A stretch of 64,000 nt of DNA from a virus (Duplodnaviria > Caudoviricetes). The stretch lies in IMG/VR virus record IMGVR_UViG_3300027766_000001. One strand, given 5' to 3'. This document shows positions 10,760 to 20,194 of the stretch, in pieces (positions within the stretch are counted from its first letter, which is position 1; the number at the start of each line of letters is the position of its first letter). Position numbers and translations under genes: made by a program. The notes beneath the pieces were generated by a model. That model ran no database searches. It was not told where the DNA came from and worked only from the letters and a program-made list of their open reading frames with translations.

Positions 10760-11320
10760 ATGTCATTCATTTATATTGCAGATCTGGTCAAGATCGATTC
10801 ACAGGATGATCTCAGTAATACCCCGGACTGGGCAATGGGCACAACGAACATCGGGGTGATGTACGGTGGGTTCTGGGTCGGTAGTCAACAGTTCTCGTAT
10901 GGCAGCTGGCTGTGTAAGTTATCCGATGGCACACTCATGGGTCAAACCGAAGAACAGATCCAGGGTATGGCGCTGTCAATGCCGGCACTGGTACGGGCAA
11001 GCCTGGTGCCAACCGGTGATATCCCTTCTGGCAGCATCGGGCGTTTTGTCACCGCGTTTAAGCAAGACGTGGTGTTGATCTACGCGCAAGCTCAGATGGT
11101 TGATGAAGATGATCCTGACAACATCGGGATTAAAGTGTTGGCACGCGCACCTCATCGTGACGAGCTGACACAAACAATCGACCATGAGCGTACGTTTGTG
11201 ATCATTGCAAACGAATACGTCAGTGGGCAGGTGGTTGACGCTGTACGTCTTAGCACTTTCGTTAAGACGCTCAATGCACAACACATCGAGCACACCCTCG
11301 GTCCGCGTGGACCACAGTAA
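10760..11320 (+). CDS. Hypothetical protein
   Basis: 186 aa, tightly packed in operon, terminator after. Confidence 0.7.
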   Translation: MSFIYIADLVKIDSQDDLSNTPDWAMGTTNIGVMYGGFWVGSQQFSYGSWLCKLSDGTLMGQTEEQIQGMALSMPALVRASLVPTGDIPSGSIGRFVTAFKQDVVLIYAQAQMVDEDDPDNIGIKVLARAPHRDELTQTIDHERTFVIIANEYVSGQVVDAVRLSTFVKTLNAQHIEHTLGPRGPQ

Positions 11321-11360
11321 CATAAATCGAGCCTGGGCAATCGCCCGGGCTTTTATGCCG
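11321..11360 (+). terminator. Intrinsic terminator, TTTATGCCG class
   Basis: CATAAA-TCG-AGCCTGGGC-AATC-GCCCGGGCT-TTTATGCCG. Confidence 0.75.
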
Positions 11361-11383
11361 ACTTAACCTGTAGGAGTAGTATC

Positions 11384-12169
11384 ATGAACGCATCTAAAGA
11401 CAGAATTGAAAACGAAATCGTTGACATGCTGAAGCACAACGGTTTCCTGATCGCCTTGGTCGCCGTTGACCCAGAGAACATTGTTCGCAGCGAAGTTATC
11501 GAGCTGGAACAGGGAAGCAAAGAAACTCACACCAGTGTTAACCGTCGTTTTGACGTGGCGGAATCAATCATCGCCTATTTCAATGAGTACGGGTTTAAGT
11601 TTAACTCCGTAAAATGGAACGAGGTTACACGTACGCTGGAACTGGTAATGGATCCGAACGTAATGTGGTTTGGTTCACTGATGCACTACGCCAGCACCCA
11701 ACGCCTGGCCGTAGCGTTCGATCGTATCCTGGCGGAGGTGAAGGACATCATCCACAAGGCGTTTGATGTGCTGGACGAAGACGACACCATGAGCTGGTTG
11801 ACTTACTTCGATATCCTTCGTTCTGAGAAAGGAGGAGGTTGGGCGTACCGTGGTGATGATCAAGGCATTGGGCTCATTGACGGTATGCCGATGAAATCCA
11901 TACTCGATCACTATATCACCTCAACCGGGCTTGATTGGCGTGAAGACGACCGTCAGGCGTTCTGCAAAGACCACGACGTGGCTGAAAACGATCACACTCA
12001 ACCGATTGTGTTCCTGCGTGATGCGTTCACAACACGGGTACCTGATGTAGTGTGCGGGTTACCGCTTGACCGTTTTAACGCCGTACTCGAATCAGTGGGT
12101 CTGTGTGCAACCACCGAAACGATGGCCGAGGCTGGCTTCCGATCTTTCCTGAAAATTGTCAAAGCCTAA
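11384..12169 (+). CDS. Hypothetical protein
   Basis: 261 aa, AGGAG RBS. Confidence 0.75.
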   Translation: MNASKDRIENEIVDMLKHNGFLIALVAVDPENIVRSEVIELEQGSKETHTSVNRRFDVAESIIAYFNEYGFKFNSVKWNEVTRTLELVMDPNVMWFGSLMHYASTQRLAVAFDRILAEVKDIIHKAFDVLDEDDTMSWLTYFDILRSEKGGGWAYRGDDQGIGLIDGMPMKSILDHYITSTGLDWREDDRQAFCKDHDVAENDHTQPIVFLRDAFTTRVPDVVCGLPLDRFNAVLESVGLCATTETMAEAGFRSFLKIVKA

Positions 12170-12178
12170 GGGGTTATC

Positions 12179-12586
12179 ATGTCACACACCGTTAAAGACC
12201 CTTTAGCCTTCCTGGCGGCATTTGACCCAGCCAATTCATCTTCACTAACATCGACCATTCACCTGGTGTTACGTGATATGGACAACATGGCAGATAAAGT
12301 GGATACCGACATCGTTTTCAGCCGGGACACAATGGAAGCCAAAGAAGCCGTGGTGGATTGGTTGCGGCAAAGTCCTCTGTACGTCTGGCCGTATGCGGAT
12401 ATCGAATACACAGCGGATTTCAAACATGCCACGCTGTATGTTCGTGTCGATGCGACAGTTTTCAAAGCGCTGGATATACGGGACGAAGGTATGTCCGTCA
12501 AGTTTGACTTGGCACGCAAGTCAGCATCAACCCTGGCGCGTTTATTTAACCACGTCAACAGGAATCGCAAGATTAGCATTGGGTGA
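12179..12586 (+). CDS. Hypothetical protein
   Basis: 135 aa in operon. Confidence 0.7.
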   Translation: MSHTVKDPLAFLAAFDPANSSSLTSTIHLVLRDMDNMADKVDTDIVFSRDTMEAKEAVVDWLRQSPLYVWPYADIEYTADFKHATLYVRVDATVFKALDIRDEGMSVKFDLARKSASTLARLFNHVNRNRKISIG

Positions 12587-12589
12587 GCC

Positions 12590-12826
12590 ATGGACAAGAT
12601 CCTGGATATCGTAAAGATCGGCTATACGCTGAAGACGCACGAGCTGCCGGGTTGGTTACGCTCCGAGATCGCTATGGGTGGTCCGGGGTTTGTCATCAAC
12701 GGTAAGCAGTTTGACTGGTATGACTACGCGGTGCAAACCGACCGTGGTGTCAAAGGCATGCTCAAAGCAGATGTTGAACGTCTGCTGGACAACGCTGCTG
12801 TTATTAACTCTAAACTCAACAAGTGA
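12590..12826 (+). CDS. Hypothetical protein
   Basis: 78 aa, coupled to both neighbours. Confidence 0.65.
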   Translation: MDKILDIVKIGYTLKTHELPGWLRSEIAMGGPGFVINGKQFDWYDYAVQTDRGVKGMLKADVERLLDNAAVINSKLNK

Positions 12827-13416
12827 GAACAACTATGCAACAGATCGCAAAAGACCCTATCGACTTCATCCGTGGTTTCCGTTTCGCGACCTTTACCTCT
12901 CAGCCAGGTAGTACGGCTGGTCCAACCCGTAAAGAGGTTGCGCTGACCATTTGCCTGATGCACCCGGAACACCAAATGAGTAGTCGCACCGCATACGTCA
13001 ACATCCCTAAGGCGGGCGGTCTGACTATGGATGTTATCGCGGACTATCTGGCCAACGCTAAAGACTTCCAGGTCCTGCCGTATGCGATGGTCACCGACTA
13101 CGACAACGCGATACAGATTAACCTGTTGGTCAGCAATCCGTTTGTTGAACTCGACGATCTGAAAGCTGATCTGGACGGTCTGTATGTGTACATGCAGAAA
13201 GTCAAGCAGTTGGTTGAATCGGGTAACGGTCGTGTACTCACCCCGAGTTATGATCGTGAGCGCATCAGTAACAGTTTAAACAGCGGTAGTAATGGTGGTT
13301 ATCCTGGCGGACCGACAATCGGACAGTCCATCCCGCAGGGCAGTAACCGCACTCCGCAGAATTACGGCGGACGCAACCAACCGACGACCGGTAACGCCAA
13401 CAAAAGCAATTTCTAA
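12823..13416 (+). CDS. Hypothetical protein with G/N/Q-rich disordered C-terminus
   Basis: GTG start overlapping the previous TGA; tail NSGSNGGYPGG...NYGGRNQPTTGNANKSNF. Confidence 0.7.
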   Translation: MRTTMQQIAKDPIDFIRGFRFATFTSQPGSTAGPTRKEVALTICLMHPEHQMSSRTAYVNIPKAGGLTMDVIADYLANAKDFQVLPYAMVTDYDNAIQINLLVSNPFVELDDLKADLDGLYVYMQKVKQLVESGNGRVLTPSYDRERISNSLNSGSNGGYPGGPTIGQSIPQGSNRTPQNYGGRNQPTTGNANKSNF

Positions 13417-13446
13417 TTAACTTAACTACATAGCAGAGGATCTCCT

Positions 13447-14238
13447 ATGGAAAAGTCAAACCAAAACATCGCACGCACCTGTATCTCCTTCATCCCACGC
13501 TTACAACGCCACAAATTCAAAATGGTGTTTACCGCAGTAGGGGTGTGCCGCATTCTGTACATCAAAAGCTGTCCTGCTGAAATGCTGATGCCGTTCTTTA
13601 ACAAGGTCCAGCAGTTCATGGTCGACTACGATATTCAGGGTGCTGTCACCATGGGTCGTGATAATGACCTGTTCCTGACCTTGGATAACTTCCAGTTCAT
13701 GGGTGGCTTCCACGCACACACCGTCAGTGCCGTAGATCTGCTGGACAATATGGTTGCTCAGTTCCAGTACAGTGCTGTGGTCGATTCACCGTTCGGTGAT
13801 GCGGCTGACGAACCTACGATGGCCACCATGTCTCAACCTCAGTTTATGGTGCGCTGCGTCCGTATGCTCGGCGTGCGTTTCGACCAGTTGGATAAAGAGG
13901 GTGGTCAGTTGTTTCAGTTGCGTCGGTTTGTTCCGGGCCCTCCGGGTACGCATGAACGCAATTGGTTCTACACGCTTAACGGGTTTGACCTCAACACCGA
14001 TATGACTATCCCGTTAGCTGAGCGTACTGATAAAGATGACTTCGTTATCGTGTCGACCGAGAACCCGCGCCTACGGAAGGGCTCGTCATCCGGTCCATTT
14101 GCCAGCACGGCATTAACGATTAACGACTTCCTCAAATTAGTACGGGTATTGAACCTAAAGGAGGATGGCCGACAATACACCATCGGCACACCGGATATCA
14201 GTGGTAACTTCTGGTTGCATCAAACGAAGGCTGAGTAA
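13447..14238 (+). CDS. Hypothetical protein
   Basis: 263 aa, GAGGA RBS, last gene before the T10 terminator. Confidence 0.75.
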   Translation: MEKSNQNIARTCISFIPRLQRHKFKMVFTAVGVCRILYIKSCPAEMLMPFFNKVQQFMVDYDIQGAVTMGRDNDLFLTLDNFQFMGGFHAHTVSAVDLLDNMVAQFQYSAVVDSPFGDAADEPTMATMSQPQFMVRCVRMLGVRFDQLDKEGGQLFQLRRFVPGPPGTHERNWFYTLNGFDLNTDMTIPLAERTDKDDFVIVSTENPRLRKGSSSGPFASTALTINDFLKLVRVLNLKEDGRQYTIGTPDISGNFWLHQTKAE

Positions 14239-14248
14239 GTCATCAAAT

Positions 14249-14278
14249 AAGGGGAGCTTCGGCTCCTCTTTTTTTTTT
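14249..14278 (+). terminator. Strong intrinsic terminator, poly-T class
   Basis: AAGGGGAGC-TTCG-GCTCCTCTT followed by a run of 10 T. Confidence 0.9.
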
Positions 14279-14453
14279 GACCTCGAGCCCGCGCCCCGAT
14301 CAATATTGGTCGTCCGGAGTACGACATTCCCTTTAGGGGATGAGATACTTTTAATTAATAAAAATCAGTGTGTGGGGAAGCCTTTAGTATTTCTATACAT
14401 ACGTTTCTGTAATACTATGCAAATGTAAGAATTTGCCCCGGAGCGTACGATAC

Positions 14454-14499
14454 GAATGAATGAATGAAATTATCGAAGATAATGGAATGAATGAATGAA
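14454..14499. repeat. Two copies of GAATGAATGAATGAA, 31 bp apart
   Basis: Direct repeats at 14454-14468 and 14485-14499 in a non-coding gap between convergent genes. Confidence 0.85.
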
Positions 14500-14661
14500 G
14501 TGAGTAGAAGCGGAGGGTAAGGAGAGAGGCAAGAGCCGAACGACATCCTTAGTGTAGTTACACGAGTGCAACGAGTCAGGAAAGTGGGGGACCGGGGGCA
14601 GTCAGTGGGTTGTGCTTATGTATACCTTAGAAATAAAAATAAATTTTAAAAGTAAAACGAA

Positions 14662-14704
14662 GCCGGCATAAAAGGCACTCCATCCCTTTGGGGAATGGAG
14701 GCCT
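14662..14704 (-). terminator. Terminator for the minus-strand head gene, TTTATGCCG class
   Basis: Reads AGGCCTCCATTCCCC-AAAG-GGATGGAGTGCC-TTTTATGCCGGC on the minus strand. Confidence 0.7.
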
Positions 14705-14721
14705 CCAATTATGCTGATGGA

Positions 14722-16092
14722 TTACTCAGACGCTTCGCCGCCTTTAGCCGCTTGTGCAGCAACATCCAGTGCCGCGCCACCGACTTCACCGACCGCAGTA
14801 GGGATACCACGAACCAGTTCGCGTACGCCTTCGATCATAGAGGTTGGGAGTTTGGACAGGGTATAGACCAGCGTCGCAACACCTTTGTCTGCACCAGACG
14901 ACGTTTTCATGGCTTCGTTCAGACCGATGTAGTGGTCCGCGATCTTGCCAAACACACCCAGGGTCACTTTCACGTTACGCTGGATAGCCAGGGTTGCGTT
15001 ACAGGCCTTGATGACTTCGTTGGCGATCTTCACCGCATCCTGAGGAGACAGGGTGCTTTCGAAGACCACTTTGTCTGACTTCTCTTCTTTCGGACGACGC
15101 AGCGCAACACGGGCTTTACCCAGTGCTTTGATGGTTGAGGCGATTTCATTAACAGAATCACCGCCGGTGGTTTTGTAACGCAGATCGAATACCGCGTAAC
15201 CACCCAGGGCGACTTCAGTACGCTTCAGGGTCAGTGCCGGGGTATCCTGGACAGAGATGTTGGCACCCGGGTACGGAGGCGGCACCAGCTTGTCAACGAT
15301 CTTCTTCGCATCAGCCAGGGTCGCAGCAGATTTCAGAGAACCCATTGCGGAGTTCACCGGGCCGTTAGCAAAGCCACCGACTTTCTGCATGTAATCGCCA
15401 GACAGGTCGGTTACCATCTTCGTGAACGAAGACAGATCACCCACCAGGTTGGTAGACACCCTGTCACCTTTCACAGCCAGGTACTTAGACTTCACTTTCA
15501 CCTGACGAGAACCGGTGGCTTTCTGTGCATCCGCGATGATGCCTTCAGCACGTTTCTTCAGACGACCGGCTTTCAGTACGATACCGTCGATGAAACGCGT
15601 GATCGCAGAGTTCATGCCAACGATGGCGCCAGCCACTTTAGTCCCGATGGTGCCTTTGGCATCATTCAGTGCTTCGAGACCCGCAGTCAGGTAAGCAGCA
15701 GACGCTTCTGCATCGTCAAAGCTTTCCAGGCCACCACCGACTTTGGTTGCATCAATGCCCAGCGCTTCCAGTGAAGCCGTGATCTGACCGTGCAGCAGTT
15801 CAGCGACTGCAGGGGTGATGCCGACTTCGATGAACGCTTCCATTGACGCTTGCAGGTTCTGGATGGTATCCATCTGCTGATCGTAGGTTGCCAGGTCAGA
15901 ACCCTGTGCCTGCATGTCCAGTTCAGCTTGTGCGATCTGTGCGTCTTCAACAGCAACGTTACGATCCACAACCAGAACGTTAGCGACATCAACGTCAACC
16001 GGTGCGTCATACACGGTGTCAACCGGAGTAGGCAGAGAAGGCTCTTCGAACGCTTCCATACCCATGTTTAAAATAAGATTGTTAACTGACAT
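14722..16092 (-). CDS. Internal head protein with long acidic propeptide (phiKZ gp93-97-like ejection/inner-body type)
   Basis: GMEAF, ASMEAF, ASLEAL, GGLESF and AGLEAL motifs in the first ~145 aa (acidic), then a basic Lys/Ala-rich mature domain; strongly biased codons. Confidence 0.65.
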   Translation of the reverse strand: MSVNNLILNMGMEAFEEPSLPTPVDTVYDAPVDVDVANVLVVDRNVAVEDAQIAQAELDMQAQGSDLATYDQQMDTIQNLQASMEAFIEVGITPAVAELLHGQITASLEALGIDATKVGGGLESFDDAEASAAYLTAGLEALNDAKGTIGTKVAGAIVGMNSAITRFIDGIVLKAGRLKKRAEGIIADAQKATGSRQVKVKSKYLAVKGDRVSTNLVGDLSSFTKMVTDLSGDYMQKVGGFANGPVNSAMGSLKSAATLADAKKIVDKLVPPPYPGANISVQDTPALTLKRTEVALGGYAVFDLRYKTTGGDSVNEIASTIKALGKARVALRRPKEEKSDKVVFESTLSPQDAVKIANEVIKACNATLAIQRNVKVTLGVFGKIADHYIGLNEAMKTSSGADKGVATLVYTLSKLPTSMIEGVRELVRGIPTAVGEVGGAALDVAAQAAKGGEASE

Positions 16093-16180
16093 ACCTGCTC
16101 CATTAATAAGTGAATGTAACGTTACGATTCATACGATAAGTCCAGTAATACCAAGGGATTCCCGTTACGCTATTATATGA

Positions 16181-16238
16181 CATAAAACTCCTCCACTCAT
16201 TACCCAACCAGGTAGTGAGTGCGAGGGTTTATGCCGGC
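16181..16238. terminator. Long hairpin flanked by CATAAAA and TTTATGCCG between divergent genes
   Basis: CACTCATTACC-CAACCA-GGTAGTGAGTG stem with the TTTATG-type flank on both strands. Confidence 0.5.
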
Positions 16239-16254
16239 TTTATGTAATACAGGA

Positions 16255-16283
16255 AATCTCAAGTCTATATTACTGAGGTGATA
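16255..16283 (+). promoter_or_regulatory. Phage early promoter (TATATTAC)
   Basis: AAATCTCAAGTCTATATTACTGAGGTGAT; core at 16266-16273. Confidence 0.7.
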
Positions 16284-16299
16284 ACCTTACCTTTATTTC

Positions 16300-16965
16300 A
16301 TGGAGCTTAACATGTATCAGCAATTAGCAAAGAACCTGTACCTGGTCCACAACGGCAAAGAATACAACGACGTTTGGGATGCGCGTTGGGACGAGGTCCT
16401 TCCTGAGATCAGCGAGCGTAATCGTACCCCTGATCCGGTAGAACTGTTGTACCCAAACCGTGTCGAGCTCATGGCGGACTACCCGATCCTGGTGGTGTTC
16501 GATGGAATGGAACCGACCATTATTCCGATTGATAAAGCCATCGGTGGTCTGGGTAATCGTCATATCCTGGACTTCTCGGATTTGTACCAGAGCATCATCG
16601 CAAACCACGACGCAGACACCACCAAGGTTCGCCTGATGAGTGTCTATGCAAAACGCCGTGTCGAAGCAGCACATGTCGCCCTGGCCTGTGACCCGATGCA
16701 TCCTCAGTACAAAGATAACGGGATCAAGGTCGAATTCACTACATCAGAAGGTGACGACGGTTCAACCTCCCAAGGTGTAGATGTCACCCAGCATATCCTG
16801 GGTTTCAACAGCTACGGACCACGCTTTAACGTGGTTTACTGTCCGTTCAATCATTATGACTTCTTAGAGTCACTGCCTGAACTGCGTGAATTTAGCGACA
16901 CCCGTAAATGGCGTTTAGAGTTCAACTTTGAAGTCGATGGTCACGCTGCACACTACGCGTTCTGA
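16300..16965 (+). CDS. Hypothetical early protein
   Basis: 221 aa directly after the promoter. Confidence 0.7.
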   Translation: MELNMYQQLAKNLYLVHNGKEYNDVWDARWDEVLPEISERNRTPDPVELLYPNRVELMADYPILVVFDGMEPTIIPIDKAIGGLGNRHILDFSDLYQSIIANHDADTTKVRLMSVYAKRRVEAAHVALACDPMHPQYKDNGIKVEFTTSEGDDGSTSQGVDVTQHILGFNSYGPRFNVVYCPFNHYDFLESLPELREFSDTRKWRLEFNFEVDGHAAHYAF

Positions 16966-16984
16966 GTAACTGGGAGTACCCACT

Positions 16985-17419
16985 ATGAATCACACTGATA
17001 ACATGGCTGTGCAGCAAATCAGCCCCGATGTCTTTGAACATCTCAAACAACAACACCCGGAAGGAGACTGGTTGCGCATCAAGATCAATGATCTGTCTTT
17101 ACGCTGCGAAGAGACGCGGTATTGTGAAGACAGCCGGATCTTCTTTCGTACCGTCTATACTGACCACCGTGGTGCCAATCGCACCATGCAGTATTCCCCG
17201 GGTATCCATCTACCGCTCCAGTGCGACTTTGAGGGTCGCTATGATCTGCATGGCGTCCAAGTAGAGGTCATGTGGGTAAGTCTCTCTCAATGGTTCCTGG
17301 TGCGTGTAGAGAGCGCTGACACCCAACCGCTCTATTACCGCTGTACGTTGGACCTGGTAAAAGCCATGTTCCCGCGCAGCATGTCTATGACTGTTAACCG
17401 TGTATCGGAGGTCGCATGA
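16985..17419 (+). CDS. Hypothetical protein
   Basis: 144 aa, GGGAG RBS. Confidence 0.7.
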   Translation: MNHTDNMAVQQISPDVFEHLKQQHPEGDWLRIKINDLSLRCEETRYCEDSRIFFRTVYTDHRGANRTMQYSPGIHLPLQCDFEGRYDLHGVQVEVMWVSLSQWFLVRVESADTQPLYYRCTLDLVKAMFPRSMSMTVNRVSEVA

Positions 17420-17676
17420 CCACACTACAACTCCAACTTACCGAAAAGCACGGCTTTGTTTTAACTACACCAAACCAAGCCGACCCGTCCAGTGTTAAAC
17501 TCCTGGAAGGGGCTTTCAACATCAACAACGACAAGATGACCCTGAACGGGGTTGAACTTGCCACCATTAACAAAAACGGCGTACAGTTGAACCGCGGGGT
17601 GTTAACCAACACCGTAGGCGACATTCGTCGTGTAGTGCAGCAGCTTCGGTTCTTCTCCAAGACATCGCGTAAGTAA
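17416..17676 (+). CDS. Hypothetical protein
   Basis: 86 aa, GGAGG RBS, ATGA overlap. Confidence 0.75.
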   Translation: MTTLQLQLTEKHGFVLTTPNQADPSSVKLLEGAFNINNDKMTLNGVELATINKNGVQLNRGVLTNTVGDIRRVVQQLRFFSKTSRK

Positions 17677-17765
17677 TTAAAAACAAAGGACTGTGTTACT
17701 ATGTGATACAGTCTTTCTCCTGCGCCTGTCTCATTAGAATAACTAATAAAGTTGTGCCTCTCGCT

Positions 17766-17807
17766 GGGAGTGTCGGTAATCGTGTGCCGCGCTCCCTTTT
17801 TTTTTTT
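17766..17807 (+). terminator. Strong intrinsic terminator, poly-T class
   Basis: GGGAGTG-TCGGTA-ATCG-TGTGCCG-CGCTCCC then 11 T. Confidence 0.8.
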
Positions 17808-17827
17808 GATGTGAAAGGAAATCCACC

Positions 17828-17947
17828 ATGCCTGTTAAACCCGGCTCGTACTGGAATGACGTGCAAGTTGCCACGTTTCGTAAAGCCATGCGCACCCCCA
17901 ATCCCTCACGACGCTCCCAAATGCTGGGGTCGTTGAAACGCCGTTAA
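17828..17947 (+). CDS. Small basic protein, 39 aa (not in ORF track)
   Basis: AAAGGA RBS then MPVKPGSYWNDVQVATFRKAMRTPNPSRRSQMLGSLKRR-stop. Confidence 0.55.
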   Translation: MPVKPGSYWNDVQVATFRKAMRTPNPSRRSQMLGSLKRR

Positions 17948-17964
17948 TCACATAGGAGCTTAAG

Positions 17965-18108
17965 ATGAGTAAGAGCAGACAGGAATCATTAAAAGAGATG
18001 TCCGATATTGCCTTCCGCTTAGGCTGTATCGTGGTTGATCTGCAAGTAAAGAAAGCCCAGATGAAAGCCCGCGGTGATACGTCACCGAAAGGCAAAACCA
18101 AATCCTGA
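17965..18108 (+). CDS. Small basic protein, 47 aa (not in ORF track)
   Basis: TAGGAG RBS then MSKSRQESLKEMSDIAFRLGCIVVDLQVKKAQMKARGDTSPKGKTKS-stop. Confidence 0.6.
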   Translation: MSKSRQESLKEMSDIAFRLGCIVVDLQVKKAQMKARGDTSPKGKTKS

Positions 18109-18151
18109 CTTACGAGTCACCGTGCTTACGAGCACACCCCGCTCTTACGAG
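18109..18151. repeat. Three CTTACGAG direct repeats
   Basis: Copies at 18109, 18125 and 18144. Confidence 0.8.
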
Positions 18152-18198
18152 AGCACCACTACTACCATCAATATCAACACAACCATTAGGAAACCACC

Positions 18199-19200
18199 AT
18201 GAACTTGATTGCCAAAGTAATGTCTGCAGAGAACATCCCAGACAGCGACGCTCGTAAACTGTTTACGCTTTATCCGGTACCCGCAGGCGCCTATGTCGAA
18301 TTCCGTCGTGCCGGTGCTGACCTTCCTGCGCAAATGTACTTTATTCCAGACAGTGATCGTGAACCCAATACCTGTGTGCCCTTAGAAGGGGTGGGGAATG
18401 TTTACGTCCTGCAAGATGGCAAAACCGTCTCGACGTTCAACCCAGACCCGTACCCGGTTAATATCCTGGCAACGTCAAACCGCCAGGTGCAAGGTACGCT
18501 GGTCGACCACACCGGCCCGGGCGAGACCCTGACTGTACAAAGTGAAAACATTCGAATTCACGCAGGTGGTGGCGTAATGCTGCAAAGTCCAAGCCTGACT
18601 ACGGGTGTAGCAAAGAGCGGCGGTATTCCGTTTAATGATCCGGTGTATGCCAATAGTCTGAAAACGTTATTGGGTGACTTGACAGTCAAACAAGACTGGG
18701 CATTAATCCTTAACGCACACGTGGTTTCTCAGGTTGAGCAGATCCCTGCGACTGATTTGCGTCGGGAAGAAAGCTACGGTATCTTCTTACCCAGATTAAA
18801 ACCTGAACAAGATGATGCCACGATGACGCGGTATTTCAATCGCGTACAGGACGCCTTCCTGAACAGCACACCGCGTTACAGTGTGAAGGTTGAAAAACGT
18901 GATGACGGGTATGCTTTACTGCTTTCATCACCGAAAAAAGCCGTGAATGGACCGGTCTCTACGACACCGGGTGAATATCTCGGTGAAACGGTATCTGGCC
19001 TGCTGCTGAATAACGTCGAGCGTGCCGTGTCGTTGTGGGTTGATGGTGCACGTACGGTTGTGCTAACCCGTCCGTTGAAGATCTCCGGTTTAGAACGTGA
19101 TTTAGTTAAAAGCTATTTCATAGAAGTATTAAAAGTGAGCCTGTCGTTCGCCTGCCAAGGTGACAACTACCTGTCGTTCACGTTAACCCCTATCCAGTAA
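18199..19200 (+). CDS. Hypothetical protein
   Basis: 333 aa, AGGA RBS, followed by a hairpin-T terminator at about 19207-19232. Confidence 0.75.
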   Translation: MNLIAKVMSAENIPDSDARKLFTLYPVPAGAYVEFRRAGADLPAQMYFIPDSDREPNTCVPLEGVGNVYVLQDGKTVSTFNPDPYPVNILATSNRQVQGTLVDHTGPGETLTVQSENIRIHAGGGVMLQSPSLTTGVAKSGGIPFNDPVYANSLKTLLGDLTVKQDWALILNAHVVSQVEQIPATDLRREESYGIFLPRLKPEQDDATMTRYFNRVQDAFLNSTPRYSVKVEKRDDGYALLLSSPKKAVNGPVSTTPGEYLGETVSGLLLNNVERAVSLWVDGARTVVLTRPLKISGLERDLVKSYFIEVLKVSLSFACQGDNYLSFTLTPIQ

Positions 19201-19254
19201 CTTGTTAAAGGTGGGGTCACACCCACCTTTTCTTACCGATTACCCGAGGACCTC

Positions 19255-19779
19255 ATGGCACAATTATTAAAAACTAAAATTACCGTTGCTCTGGCCCGTT
19301 TCCCAGTAAGTATTGCTCCGATTGCTTGTGCCAATTCTGGTACGCCGGTGCGTGAAGTTTCTTGTGCCACCATTGAACGTGCGACGGTTAATGGTGTGGA
19401 AATCAAGATGACATCGTCCCAGCACAACCCACGAATTGTATGTGGTGATGTTCCGGGTACAACGTCTGAACTGGTCTTCGATGTTGAGCGTGGTCATATT
19501 TACTGTGAAGCTCCACTGACTGTGGTATTAGACATTATACTGCACTCCTTTGATAAACCTGTTACCACTGACGTATCGTTAAAAGATGCAAACATCAGCA
19601 TCGGTGAGCTGTGGACGCACCACAGCGGTACACGGTACAAAGTCATTAACTTTAGCAATAAAGAGCCTAAGCCCGGTTGGGAAACCAATGTCGTCTATGC
19701 AGCAGTCGGCGCACCTGATGATTGGTATACGCGTCCACTGCGTGAGTTCCTCACGAAGTTTAAACGATTGGATGGCTAA
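19255..19779 (+). CDS. Protein with C-terminal DUF1653-like (SH3-like) domain
   Basis: WTHHSGTRYKV...VVYAA...WYTRPLREF matches the phage DUF1653 pattern (H.KG..Y.V...VVY...W.RP..EF). Confidence 0.65.
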   Translation: MAQLLKTKITVALARFPVSIAPIACANSGTPVREVSCATIERATVNGVEIKMTSSQHNPRIVCGDVPGTTSELVFDVERGHIYCEAPLTVVLDIILHSFDKPVTTDVSLKDANISIGELWTHHSGTRYKVINFSNKEPKPGWETNVVYAAVGAPDDWYTRPLREFLTKFKRLDG

Positions 19780-19954
19780 TATGTCCTGCACACAGCTCGT
19801 ACTTGCACCGAAACAACCGGCTGCTGAAGAACCGAAAGAGTTCAACATCAGCCTTCGCTCACCGTATCCCACGGCAGAGCAGGCCATGAACCAGATGCTG
19901 CTCACCACCCGTGCGGTGCTGGCGTCGTTGGTCTTCGCTGGAAATACGCGTTAG
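19772..19954 (+). CDS. Small hypothetical protein (60 aa)
   Basis: ATG overlapping the previous stop region; hydrophobic C-terminus. Confidence 0.5.
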   Translation: MANMSCTQLVLAPKQPAAEEPKEFNISLRSPYPTAEQAMNQMLLTTRAVLASLVFAGNTR

Positions 19955-19985
19955 TATAAAAATACTACTGCGTATATTAGTATGT

Positions 19986-20194
19986 AAGGTAACTGTCTCT
20001 CGTGGTTCTTCTGAGCTATCGAAGCAGTTACCTTGTTCTGGACTTATGCGCTTCCTTAATAATTGCGGTTTTGAGATGAATGCTCGAGTTGGGCACCTGT
20101 AATGGCCAGACGGCGGGGAATAGGAGACTTGGGATCAGCTGAAAGTATGCTGACGAATACCCGTAACCACGACCAGCCACGTGGTATCTCAAAA
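19986..20194 (+). ncRNA. Candidate structured non-coding RNA / leader
   Basis: 10-bp stem AAGGTAACTG/CAGTTACCTT; 9-bp closing stem TTTTGAGAT/ATCTCAAAA; 8-nt long-range complement TCGTGGTT (20000)/AACCACGA (20165); no plausible plus-strand ORF. Confidence 0.45.

Noticed and set aside
14586-14610. G-quadruplex
   Set aside because: Only three clear G-tracts; kept only as part of the non-coding gap description.
18109-18151. Mini CRISPR array
   Set aside because: Repeats are only 8 nt with 8-11 nt spacers; no cas genes.
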